The translations under genes were made by a program, and so were the position numbers. Below, piece by piece: positions 18,524 through 28,251 of a stretch of DNA of 64,000 bases. The notes below the pieces were generated by a model that worked only from the letters and a program-made list of their open reading frames with translations, had not been told where the DNA came from and did not search any database. Position 1 is the first letter of the stretch, and each line of letters begins with the position of its first letter. Origin of the DNA: Promethearchaeota archaeon (GTDB lineage Archaea > Asgardarchaeota > Lokiarchaeia > Sigyniarchaeales > SOKP01); contig JBHLOC010000017.1 in assembly GCA_048940925.1 (NCBI GenBank), forward strand, positions 1 to 64,000, written 5' to 3'.

Positions 18524-18994
18524 TCATCTTATAAGTCCACTCACTAAAGCTAACACAACTATGATTATAACAATAATAGGGATAATTAATAAAATTGTCA
18601 TCCAATATCCTTTTAGGAATCCTTTTCTAACTTGCTTAACACCTTCTTTCCAATCTTCTCGTGTCTGATCTTGCCAATTTTTTATATCTTGTTGAATCTT
18701 ATTCTTTCGAGCTTCCCATTGTTCTTTTGATTCAAGTTGTTTTTGTTCCATTTCAGCGTTCCATTTGTTGATCTTATTATCCCAATCTTGTTTCATATCT
18801 TTGAAAAATTTATTGACTTTTTCAGCATTCTCTTCAAACAATTCCTTATTCTTTTGTGATTGTTTTTTCAATGAATTTTGAAAGTCATCAAATCCTCCTT
18901 TTATTTCACTAACAAAGCTTTTCCATCCTTTTACAAACGGACTTTCTTTTGATTTTTCTTCTTCAGATTCTCTTAAATTATTTTCATTGCTCAT
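18524..18994 (-). CDS. Tail-anchored protein with 11/22-residue amphipathic helical repeats
   Basis: Trp at 71, 93 and 115; single C-terminal TM; no signal peptide. Confidence 0.7.
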   Translation of the reverse strand: MSNENNLRESEEEKSKESPFVKGWKSFVSEIKGGFDDFQNSLKKQSQKNKELFEENAEKVNKFFKDMKQDWDNKINKWNAEMEQKQLESKEQWEARKNKIQQDIKNWQDQTREDWKEGVKQVRKGFLKGYWMTILLIIPIIVIIIVVLALVSGLIR

Positions 18995-19111
18995 ATTTCT
19001 TCTAAAAGTTTTTTTACTATTTAAATTCAGTAAATTTCTTACCTTGTCGTAAATTAATTACTTATTGATAAATGGGTTTTAGATATTTTAAAAATAAACT
19101 CTAGATATCTC

Positions 19112-20491
19112 ATGAAGTTTAATTATATTCAGAAAACACCTTTATATAATACCTTTTCAGAAATTGGGAAAAGAATTTTTTTACCTGAGGGGATCTTTTA
19201 TTGGTCTGAAAGAGCTAAAAATGAAGCAGACTTAGTCGGGACAATTGGTTCTGCTTATGCTTATGAACATGATTTCATTGATGGAGGACGTTCTGAGTGG
19301 TTACCATGTTACCTCAAAGATATATCGGAATATTCTAGTTTAAAAATTAAAGAAATAGTTCCCTATGCCTCTATTGGTGGTTTAAGTGAAATAAGAGAAA
19401 TTTGGAAACAATGGATAATTAGGAAATCATTATATGATAATGAATCGGAAAAAGGGTTAGTATATAGATTAGAGAAGTATATATCAAATCCTATTATAAC
19501 ATCGGGTGTCACAAATGGAATTTTTCAGAGTTGCGCTATGTTTTTAAATCCTGATGAAATAATTATCGCACCAAATAAAAGATGGGGTAATTATGATAAT
19601 ATTATTACTAAATTTATCGGTGCTTGGATTAAATCATTCGAGTTCTTTGAGGGAAAAGGGATTAATATTAATGGATTAGAAAAAGTTATTAATGAAACCG
19701 CTAAAATTCAAGATAAAATTGTTATTATCTTAAATTTTCCAAATAATCCTACTGGCTATGTTCCCACAAATGAAGAAGCTAAAGAGATTGTAGATTTACT
19801 AAGAAAAAGCTATAAAATTCATGGTAAACCTGTAATCGTGATAATTGATGATGCTTATGAGCCTTATATCTATTCTAAAAGCACTTTAAATAGATCTTTA
19901 TTCTATGATCTACACCAACTAAATGAAAATATTATACCAATTAAATTGGATGGAATTACTAAAGAATTATTAATATATGGTGCAAGAATTGGATTTTTGA
20001 CCATTGGAATAAAACCAAACTGGATAGAAAATGATGAACAGTTGGAAATATTAAAATTCGAAATTAATAATAAATTGGAAGGGTTTAGCCGAGCCACAAT
20101 ATCCAATTGTAACCATTTCTATCAATCACTCACTCAAAAATTATTTAATAGTAAAGGCGTAGAGCGTATTATGGAATCCAGGGAAAAAATAAAACAATTA
20201 CTGGAAGAACGATATAAGAAAATCAATGCTGAAATAGGTAAAATAAAGAATTCGGATATTTCAATTGATCCAAACTCAGGTGGTTTTTTTCTATTTATGA
20301 ATTTAGATCCTAAAAAATATAAAGCAAATAGATTCGCAGACTATTTATTGAAAAAATATAAGGTTGGTATCATTCCCATTGAAAAACCAGACGAAAATAT
20401 CAATGGAATTCGTATTGCCTATTGCTCTTTAGATCTTAGTAAAATATCAGATTTAGTAAAAAGAATAGATTTAGCTCTTAAAGATTTTTAA
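19112..20491 (+). CDS. PLP-dependent aminotransferase class I/II
   Basis: WGNY, LNFPNNPTGY, DDAY, DGITKE(K = PLP lysine)...YGARIGF, NSGGFF, IRIAY. Confidence 0.92.
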   Translation: MKFNYIQKTPLYNTFSEIGKRIFLPEGIFYWSERAKNEADLVGTIGSAYAYEHDFIDGGRSEWLPCYLKDISEYSSLKIKEIVPYASIGGLSEIREIWKQWIIRKSLYDNESEKGLVYRLEKYISNPIITSGVTNGIFQSCAMFLNPDEIIIAPNKRWGNYDNIITKFIGAWIKSFEFFEGKGININGLEKVINETAKIQDKIVIILNFPNNPTGYVPTNEEAKEIVDLLRKSYKIHGKPVIVIIDDAYEPYIYSKSTLNRSLFYDLHQLNENIIPIKLDGITKELLIYGARIGFLTIGIKPNWIENDEQLEILKFEINNKLEGFSRATISNCNHFYQSLTQKLFNSKGVERIMESREKIKQLLEERYKKINAEIGKIKNSDISIDPNSGGFFLFMNLDPKKYKANRFADYLLKKYKVGIIPIEKPDENINGIRIAYCSLDLSKISDLVKRIDLALKDF

Positions 20492-20632
20492 AGTAAGCAT
20501 AAAGATATAATAGTTGATAACAAGGATTTTACTTCTGAATTTTCATTATAAATCTTATCTATGAAAAACATTTATTAATTAATGTTTAAATAGTTACAAA
20601 AAAGTTAAATAATTATAAATGAGTGAGTAATA

Positions 20633-21388
20633 TTGATGAGTATGAGCTTTGAGGATCTGAGAACTATTATGCGTTCTGGAAAAAAGAAGCAATTTGCTAA
20701 AGCAATGTTGGAGGTATTAAAAAATAAACAGAATAATCTTCCAGACTTTTACGATTTTTATGGTAAACTGATCAGAGAAAATATTAATTTTGCATTGAGT
20801 AAATGTTACTATCAATTTAGAACATATGCAGAAAAAATTCTTTCAATAGACCAATTAATGGAAATGGATAAATTTCTAATGGAAAATTATGCATTAAGTA
20901 AATATGAACCTATAGAGTATTTATTTTCAGGACAAATTTTAAGAATGGTAGCTACGTGGGGTAGTACGCTTACAGGTATTGTATATATCACTAAATTAAG
21001 AGTAATAGGATTAGGATTTTATATGCAATCTTCATTAATAAGAGACATTGCACGAGCTTTATCCTCTTCAGTATCAGACACATCGCACAAATCATTCAAA
21101 TATACAATGCAAAAAATAATGGGTAATGATTTTTCTGAATCGGAATTAACTAAATTCGATCACTTCTATCCTATTATGAATCCATATAATATTAAAAAAA
21201 AGAAAAAAGTCATAAAATATTCAACTAACCTCGAATATGATAAAAAGGGTAAGACAAAGACAAAAAAGTTAATTATGAAATTAATACCTTTAAAAGAGAG
21301 AAACGAGGATATATACGCGTTTAACATAAGAAAAGAAGAACTTATGAATAGAATTATAACATTCCTGTTATCTTATCAGCAAGCTTAA
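20633..21388 (+). CDS. Hypothetical protein, possible PH/GRAM-like segment
   Basis: Intact ORF; GIVYITKLRVI resembles the G-x-L-Y-I-T-x-x-R-L-I strand of GRAM/bPH domains (weak). Confidence 0.65.
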   Translation: MMSMSFEDLRTIMRSGKKKQFAKAMLEVLKNKQNNLPDFYDFYGKLIRENINFALSKCYYQFRTYAEKILSIDQLMEMDKFLMENYALSKYEPIEYLFSGQILRMVATWGSTLTGIVYITKLRVIGLGFYMQSSLIRDIARALSSSVSDTSHKSFKYTMQKIMGNDFSESELTKFDHFYPIMNPYNIKKKKKVIKYSTNLEYDKKGKTKTKKLIMKLIPLKERNEDIYAFNIRKEELMNRIITFLLSYQQA

Positions 21389-21470
21389 CAATTAATCCTT
21401 TTAGAGAGCCACTTGTTTTCTTGAAATCGGTAAAGACTATAGCTTTAGGATTTGCCTGTATTTTACCATC

Positions 21471-21541
21471 TATTACTTAATAGATCTTGATGAAATTTCT
21501 AAATTAATAAAGATGATTAATTTAGCTTTACAAATTTTTAA
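21471..21541 (+). pseudogene. Degenerate copy of the last ~23 codons of the aminotransferase gene
   Basis: Reads YYLIDLDEISKLIKMINLALQ vs YCSLDLSKISDLVKRIDLALKDF* at 20420-20491; 1-nt deletion before the old stop. Confidence 0.65.
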
Positions 21542-21663
21542 GATATTTTTGTATTATATTATTTTAATAAAGCACAATTTTTTGGATATTTTTATAATAC
21601 AAAATTTTTATAAAGTAATTAAAAAATATTATTTTAAAAAAATTGTAAAAGTGAAAATTAAGT

Positions 21664-22671
21664 ATGAAACTTTATCTAATTGACAAGGGAGAATTGAAAG
21701 AAATCAATAAGAGTATTTTTAGTTCCGGAGACGTTTACCTCTTAGACGCGGAAAATACAATATATGTTTGGATTGGTAATAAATGTTCTGTTGATGAAAA
21801 AACAGCGGGTGCGGCTCAGGCTAGAACTCTTGACCAACAAAGAGGCGGTGCAGCAAAAATTATTACTGTAGACCAAGGTCAGGAACCGAAGGAATTTTTA
21901 ACTGCTATATCTTCTATGGGAGTAATGAAAATTGTAGAGAAAAATTATGCTAAAACATTACTTAAAGATGTAACTACAGGTGATTGGGCAGGTTTTACTG
22001 AATGGAAAAATGTTCTATACCGGGTTTCTTCAGAAGAATTTGAAGATATTAATGCTATGAAAATGATCCAGGTTCCCTTTAAAAAAGAGTCATTAGCGTC
22101 AGAAGATTGCTATGTAGCAGATTTAGGAAATAAAGTGTATATCTGGCAAGGAAATGCTTGTACAGTTACCGAAAAGGTCAAGGCTGGCCAATGGGCACGT
22201 TCTATAGATGCTGATAGAGCTGGATTACAACAAGAAACTATCTTTGAGGAAGGTGATGACGCAGAATTTCTTGCTGCATTAGAAAGAGGTGAAGGTTATA
22301 AAGAGTCTGATGCTGTGCAATTAAAAGCAGAATCCATATTAGAAGGTGTAGATGAAGATGATAAAATAGCTGCAGCAATTCAGCCTGAATTTAAATCAGA
22401 AGTCAAGGAAGTTTCTCCAGAAGAAGTAAAAGCTGACATTTCAGAAGTAAGAGCCTCTGCAGCTGCACCTGGAATACCAGGCAGAACTGATGAAACTATC
22501 CTAACTATTGAGAAAATGGAAGGGCGCAGGAAATGTCCCGAATGTGGGTGCGAAGATCCCCACATGATTCATGAAAGTGTTGATAAAGGTAATATTATTT
22601 TAGATTACCCACGCATGTACGGCAAAAAATATACATGCGGCGAGTGTGGAGTAATCTGGCGAGAAAAATAG
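21664..22671 (+). CDS. Two-domain Asgard gelsolin with acidic linker and C-terminal Zn ribbon
   Basis: Two gelsolin repeats (SGDVYLLD...IYVWIG...EK; SEDCYVAD...VYIWQG...EK), then CPECG...CGECG. Confidence 0.92.
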   Translation: MKLYLIDKGELKEINKSIFSSGDVYLLDAENTIYVWIGNKCSVDEKTAGAAQARTLDQQRGGAAKIITVDQGQEPKEFLTAISSMGVMKIVEKNYAKTLLKDVTTGDWAGFTEWKNVLYRVSSEEFEDINAMKMIQVPFKKESLASEDCYVADLGNKVYIWQGNACTVTEKVKAGQWARSIDADRAGLQQETIFEEGDDAEFLAALERGEGYKESDAVQLKAESILEGVDEDDKIAAAIQPEFKSEVKEVSPEEVKADISEVRASAAAPGIPGRTDETILTIEKMEGRRKCPECGCEDPHMIHESVDKGNIILDYPRMYGKKYTCGECGVIWREK

Positions 22672-22954
22672 CCCTAAAATTAAAATTTTGTTTAACTTTT
22701 ATTTTCTTTTTTTAAATTAGTTAAGAAGTTTAATGTTAGATTAAAAATTATTAACAATAATAATTAATTTCAAAAAACAAGTTCAATTTTCCAATAATCG
22801 AGGCTTCACGTTAAAAATAATCTCGCAGTCGCAGTATTCTCCATATTATTGACAAAACTCAAAAAATCTTAACAATATACCTTTTTTATTATAATTATAA
22901 TTTATCATAAAAAAATGATTACAAGTATATCATACTAATAAGTGAATAAGGAAA

Positions 22955-24175
22955 ATGAGTGAAACTCGCACTTCTTTTGATTTTGATCAAGTCATTGATC
23001 GAACGAAATCTAATTCAACAAAATGGGATAAGAAGGTTTTAGAAAAAGGTTTTGGTGATCCTGACCTATTACCTCTTTGGGTAGCTGATATGGATTTTAA
23101 AGCACCGCAACCTATAATCGAAAAATTAGTTAAAACAGCTGAATATGGGATATTTGGCTATTCAATTATTCCTCCTTCATTTTTTGCATCAGTTCTAAGT
23201 TGGTTCAAGAGACGCTATGGGTGGGATATAGAAAAAGAATGGTTAACTCAAACTCCTGGTGTTATACCAGCTTTAGATGTTACCGTTAATGCTTTTTGTA
23301 ATTCTGGTGATAAAGTGATTGTGCAAAATCCTGTTTACTATCCTTTTTATCCTGTCATTGAAAATAATGGGTGTGGAATCCTTCTAAATCCATTAAAGTT
23401 TTCTAATAACCATTATACAATGGATTTTGAAGATCTAGAGAAAAAAGTCAAAGATCCAAGGGCTAAAATGATAATTATATGCAATCCACATAATCCAGTA
23501 GGACGTGTATGGACTAAGGAAGAATTGAAGCATCTTGGGGAAATTTGTATTAAAGAGGATATTTTAATCGTCTCAGACGAAATTCATTGTGATTTAATTT
23601 TTCCTGGATATAAAATCACAAATTTTGCTACTCTAAATGATGAATTCGCCCAAAACTCAATTACGTGTACTTCTTCAAGTAAAAGTTTTAATCTAGCTGG
23701 ACTAAAAATATCGAATATTGTGATTCCAAACCAAAAAATACGTCAAACATTTAAAAATACCCAAGCAAATTTTGGAGTCGGTAGACCTAACATTTTTGCT
23801 GTAGCAGCGATGGAAACTGCATATGAAAATGAAATTTGTGAGAATTGGTTAGATGCTCTATTGCAATATCTTAAAGGAAACCTAAATTTTTTAAAAGCAT
23901 TTATTAAAAAAAATCTCCCACAAATAAAAATAATAGAACCTGAGGGGACTTATCTTGTTTGGCTTGATTTTCGAGAATTAGGATTAGAGCACAAAAAGTT
24001 GGAAAAATTTATGAGAGAAAAAGCAAAAGTAGCGCTAGATGAAGGTTATATTTTTGGTCAGGGCGGGGAAGGATTTGAAAGGATCAATATTGCATGCCCT
24101 AAATCAATCTTAAAAGAAGCCCTTAATAGAATTACAGACGCAATAGTTAATATGGAAAAAAAAGGAAGAATATAA
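22955..24175 (+). CDS. MalY/PatB-family PLP-dependent C-S lyase
   Basis: LPLWVADMDF, GIFGY, TPGVI, CNPHNPVGRVWT, SDEIHCD, SKSFNLAGL, PEGTYLVWLDF, RINIACP. Confidence 0.93.
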   Translation: MSETRTSFDFDQVIDRTKSNSTKWDKKVLEKGFGDPDLLPLWVADMDFKAPQPIIEKLVKTAEYGIFGYSIIPPSFFASVLSWFKRRYGWDIEKEWLTQTPGVIPALDVTVNAFCNSGDKVIVQNPVYYPFYPVIENNGCGILLNPLKFSNNHYTMDFEDLEKKVKDPRAKMIIICNPHNPVGRVWTKEELKHLGEICIKEDILIVSDEIHCDLIFPGYKITNFATLNDEFAQNSITCTSSSKSFNLAGLKISNIVIPNQKIRQTFKNTQANFGVGRPNIFAVAAMETAYENEICENWLDALLQYLKGNLNFLKAFIKKNLPQIKIIEPEGTYLVWLDFRELGLEHKKLEKFMREKAKVALDEGYIFGQGGEGFERINIACPKSILKEALNRITDAIVNMEKKGRI

Positions 24176-24317
24176 GTGAAGTAGATTTTTTTGGAGGATT
24201 TCCATATCTCATGCGATTTAAACGAAAATTAAAAGCAAATAAAAAGTAATATTATCCAAATTTTAAACCAAAAATATTATATAAAAATTTAAGAGTAAAA
24301 TAGATTTCAAAATTTAT

Positions 24318-25379
24318 TTAAGGTTTTTGTAAATCCCTGCGCATTAGTTTTATCTTTTTCTTTAATTCGATAATTTCATTATTTTTTTCTTGTATTTCAG
24401 TTTCAAATTTCAGCTTTTCATCTTTAATCTCTTGAATTTCATTCACTACACTTTCTTTTGCTTGTTTATATTCTTCAAGATCGCTTCTTATTTTAAGGGA
24501 ATTTTCTTTTAAGGTTTTAATTTCATCATCCTTACTATCTACTAGATTTCTCAAATTTGCTAATTCCAATTCAAATTTACCTGTTAAGTTACCAGCTTTT
24601 CTATGAGCTTCTTCTAATTTTTCTTCAAGACGATTTACTAATTCCGTATTAGTAATATTTTTTTGCTTAAGTTCTTCTACCTCAACAGCTAATTCTTTAT
24701 TTCTTTCGCTTTTTTTTTCAAGATCTTTTTTCATTAAGCTAAAAGTCTCTATTTCTTGCTCAAGTTCTTGAATACGTTGACTTCCTGCTTTTAATTTATT
24801 TTCAAGAGTGAAAATTAATTTTTCCTTTTCAGTAATGATTTCATCCTTTTTTTCGAGTAATACTTGAACTTTTTCAAATTTCGATTTTTGAATTGTATCG
24901 CTTTCAAGGTATTGGAGCTGTTCTTGCAATTCACTAATTTGAGCATCTTTTTGAGTTTGAGAACCCTCAATCTGAGAATTCAACTCTTTAATTTTCTCAA
25001 TTTGATCATTTATAATTTTTTCTGATTTCTGAGATTGTTCCTCAAGAACAGCACCTAACTGTTCTATTTCATCATTTTTTCTTTCGATTGTCTCATATAA
25101 TTTTTGGATTGCTTGGTTATGATCAGGTTTATCTTCAAGTTGGGTGGATATTTCTTGAACTTTTTCCTCCAGATCAGATATCATTTTATCTTTTGCAGAT
25201 ATTTCTGCAACTAACTTTTTATTTTCTTCTCTAAAGAAATTTAGCTGTTCCGCTAAATCTTCATCAGTTGCTAAAGTTTCTCCCTCTTCCTCCTTTTCTT
25301 CTACCCAACCCAGCGTCGATAAAGCATCCACAATTGACTTATCATCTTCTTCTTCGTGTTCTTCTCGTTCATCTGACAT
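24318..25379 (-). CDS. Long coiled-coil protein with acidic N-terminal head
   Basis: About 310 aa of continuous E/K/Q/L heptad-type sequence; head MSDEREEHEEEDDKSIVDALSTLGW. Confidence 0.8.
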   Translation of the reverse strand: MSDEREEHEEEDDKSIVDALSTLGWVEEKEEEGETLATDEDLAEQLNFFREENKKLVAEISAKDKMISDLEEKVQEISTQLEDKPDHNQAIQKLYETIERKNDEIEQLGAVLEEQSQKSEKIINDQIEKIKELNSQIEGSQTQKDAQISELQEQLQYLESDTIQKSKFEKVQVLLEKKDEIITEKEKLIFTLENKLKAGSQRIQELEQEIETFSLMKKDLEKKSERNKELAVEVEELKQKNITNTELVNRLEEKLEEAHRKAGNLTGKFELELANLRNLVDSKDDEIKTLKENSLKIRSDLEEYKQAKESVVNEIQEIKDEKLKFETEIQEKNNEIIELKKKIKLMRRDLQKP

Positions 25380-25414
25380 ATTATTAAAATCACTATTTTT
25401 TCTATTAAATTTTT

Positions 25415-25876
25415 TTATTCCTTATTAACCATGTATTTATTAAATACATATTTCCTATCAAGAAAAAATTTTGTTAAATAACCTATTGATAATGCAATTA
25501 TAAAGCTAATTTCTAATGTAGTGTTTACAAAGTTTGTTAAAAGGAATTGAATTCCAATATTTTCAATAGTGGTTAAAATAGCAAATCCGAAGTATTTTAT
25601 GAATTGTATTGATGTTTCTTTTAATTTTTTTTCAGTATGTTTAAAGACCATGAATTTGTCAAGAAAAAATTTAATAATATAAGTAATTCCAACTGCAACA
25701 ATGGACCCAATCAATTGAGGCATATTAAATGGACTTGTAGAGCAATATAAAAGCTGGATAAAATCGATATTTCCATAATTCTCACAAATAAGCTGAGTAA
25801 AAAACAATTGGTTTGATTTTTGGATTAAATAATTCAATAAGATCATTAAGGCAGCGAATAAAAAATATAATATCAT
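25415..25876 (-). CDS. GtrA-family membrane protein
   Basis: Four TMs; repeated KFFLDKFMVF / KFFLDRKYVF; QFIKYF. Confidence 0.85.
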   Translation of the reverse strand: MILYFLFAALMILLNYLIQKSNQLFFTQLICENYGNIDFIQLLYCSTSPFNMPQLIGSIVAVGITYIIKFFLDKFMVFKHTEKKLKETSIQFIKYFGFAILTTIENIGIQFLLTNFVNTTLEISFIIALSIGYLTKFFLDRKYVFNKYMVNKE

Positions 25877-25919
25877 TTGTCTTCTGATATCATTATTCTC
25901 AATCGTTTTTTAACACCTT

Positions 25920-26204
25920 TTAATTATCTTTTAATTTTACTCCACAATGATAGCAAAATTTAACACCATTTAAGGCGATTTTTCCCCCACATTTAGGGCA
26001 TGTGCTAATTTGTAAATCTTGATTGGTAATGGGTTTAGATTCAATATTTTTTGAACTTGATTTTCTAAATTTGTTAGACTTAAACGAAAAAGGTAAAAAA
26101 CAAATTATCGGAATAAAGAAAAAGAAATCAACTACGAATGATAAAACTAAGAACACCACAAATAAAGCTACAAAAAATAAGTTAAGCAAAATCTTGTGTT
26201 TCAT
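25920..26204 (-). CDS. Small membrane protein with C-terminal zinc ribbon
   Basis: N-terminal hydrophobic hairpin; CPKCG...KFCYHCG. Confidence 0.78.
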   Translation of the reverse strand: MKHKILLNLFFVALFVVFLVLSFVVDFFFFIPIICFLPFSFKSNKFRKSSSKNIESKPITNQDLQISTCPKCGGKIALNGVKFCYHCGVKLKDN

Positions 26205-26269
26205 AAGGAAAAGTGCGATACATATTAATTATTATGGAAAAATAAATATCAATTTTAAATTGAATCATT

Positions 26270-26878
26270 TTAATTTTGGATCCGTTTTTTCCAACTATTT
26301 TTTTCTTCAGGTCTATTTTTTTCCTGTATACTTCTAGAAGTATCACCTGTCATTGGTAAAGTGAAACCTGATCTTTGAGGGGAAGGAGACATTATTTGCA
26401 TTAACTCTCGTAAATCTTTTTGAGTTCTTATTTCCTTACCAGTGAGTTTCTTATAAAGTATTTTCATGCCGTATGCTATTAATGAAATAGATATTGAAAA
26501 AATAAAATAAAGGGCAAGCCATCCGCTCCCGAAAAACAAAAGTGGGAAAGGTAATAATCCACTGCCATAATCAGTATATATAGCACCAAGAACAAAAATG
26601 ATTCCAAAAAAAATTGCACATCTTAAAAATAAAGGAACAATTTGCTTTACCATCATCTGTTTAGTGAGTTTTAAAGTTTCTCGTTGTAATTGTAACATGA
26701 GTTGAGCATCACCTAACACCTGGGCATTTTTCATGCGTTCTTGTAGATTTAAAGCTTTTCCTCTAAACTCTTTTATTGTTTCTTTACGTATTCCTAAAAT
26801 TGTATTAAGAAAGATTCCAAAAATGAACATCCCAATGGTTATAAATAGAATTTGAAGTATAACTGCTACGTTCGACAT
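26270..26878 (-). CDS. EMC3/TMCO1 (DUF106, Oxa1-superfamily) membrane insertase homologue
   Basis: TM1, cytosolic coiled coil (LQERMKNAQ...LQLQRE...QMMVKQIVP), TM2, then GWLALYF TM3. Confidence 0.8.
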   Translation of the reverse strand: MSNVAVILQILFITIGMFIFGIFLNTILGIRKETIKEFRGKALNLQERMKNAQVLGDAQLMLQLQRETLKLTKQMMVKQIVPLFLRCAIFFGIIFVLGAIYTDYGSGLLPFPLLFFGSGWLALYFIFSISISLIAYGMKILYKKLTGKEIRTQKDLRELMQIMSPSPQRSGFTLPMTGDTSRSIQEKNRPEEKNSWKKRIQN

Positions 26879-26969
26879 AAAATATTCACAATATTTGGAA
26901 AAAATATATTTTTAATAAAATTTTTGAAATTTTACATATATTTATTATATTTCTCTCATTAGCACATAA

Positions 26970-27986
26970 TCATCTTAAATTTCCATCTAAGAATCCTCTT
27001 ATATATTTAGAATAGAGTGTCTTCCAACGCGTTGGAATTGATGATGCTATAGCGCATCCTAAACGACATTTATTACAAAAACCATAGTTATCATGATTAC
27101 TCATAATTTCTCTTACCTGTTCTGAATAATAAATATCTTTTAAAGGATATTTAAGGGTATTAAAACTTGTTATAGGATGGATCTTACAAGGATAATGAAG
27201 AAAACCATCATGGCTGATGAAAAGATATGCTTCAGCGACATGACATCGTAAAGTCTTTTGATAATATGATGGATTTCCGCCAAATCCCCCTTTCTCAACC
27301 ACTTCAATACTTATAGGATCTGTTAAAATATTCTTATATTCTCTTCTTAAAGCTCTTATTAAATTTGCCCAAATAGAGATATTTGGAATCATATTCTGAA
27401 TCTCATCAATTTGATAGCGATTATTAGGGAAATCTCTTATTATATCTTCACAAGGATATAATTCTATAGAAGAGTTTAAATTATTCGCTAATTCAACCAT
27501 TTCTTTTAAGTACTGAATATTATCTTTCATGACCACCGTGCTGATTATTGTCTTTATGTTATTCTTATTTGCAAGTTCAATAGATTCTAATACTCTATCA
27601 AAAACTTTAATTCCTCGCGTCTTATCGTGGAGTTCTGCATTAGGATAATCAAGAGACAATAAAATATAATCCAAACCTTCTAATTTCTTCTCTTTAAAAA
27701 GTCTTGGTAAAAGATATCCATTAGTAGCTATCCCGTTCATAAAACCATGTACTACTCCAGTGTGATATATAAGTTCTGGGAGATCTTTTCTTAAAGTAGG
27801 TTCACCACCCGTAAATGATAACGCTAAGACGCCCAAATCAGCAATTTGGTCAATTAGAAATTTGATTTGTGGAGTAGTCATATCTTTACCTAAAATTTGT
27901 TCTGGTAAGGTATGTATTGAGCAAAATGGACATTTCCCATTACATCGAAGTGTTAGTTCAATTTGAGCAGAATAAGGAATTTTCAT
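26970..27986 (-). CDS. Radical SAM protein with C-terminal SPASM/twitch-like cysteines; true start may be ATT at 28055
   Basis: CNGKCPFC, FTGGEPTLR, TNG, SLD; C-terminal CHV, PC and CNKCRLGC. Confidence 0.9.
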   Translation of the reverse strand: MKIPYSAQIELTLRCNGKCPFCSIHTLPEQILGKDMTTPQIKFLIDQIADLGVLALSFTGGEPTLRKDLPELIYHTGVVHGFMNGIATNGYLLPRLFKEKKLEGLDYILLSLDYPNAELHDKTRGIKVFDRVLESIELANKNNIKTIISTVVMKDNIQYLKEMVELANNLNSSIELYPCEDIIRDFPNNRYQIDEIQNMIPNISIWANLIRALRREYKNILTDPISIEVVEKGGFGGNPSYYQKTLRCHVAEAYLFISHDGFLHYPCKIHPITSFNTLKYPLKDIYYSEQVREIMSNHDNYGFCNKCRLGCAIASSIPTRWKTLYSKYIRGFLDGNLR

Positions 27987-28251
27987 ATTAGTGAAATTAT
28001 TTAAAAAGAAATTCCTTACATATTGAATCCACTTTTTAACTCTCCATTTAGGAATTTAGTAGAACACCATCATTTCTGATTCGAACTTTTATAAGAAACT
28101 GTAAACATGTTAATGTTAAAAATCTATATATTTTTATATATAATTTATGTTTATAATAATTTCTTATTAGACCTGGGATAGAATCTAAATAAATAAAAAA
28201 AATAAAGAGACATTTTATTTACCAATCTATTAGTTCGGAAAGTTTAGGACT

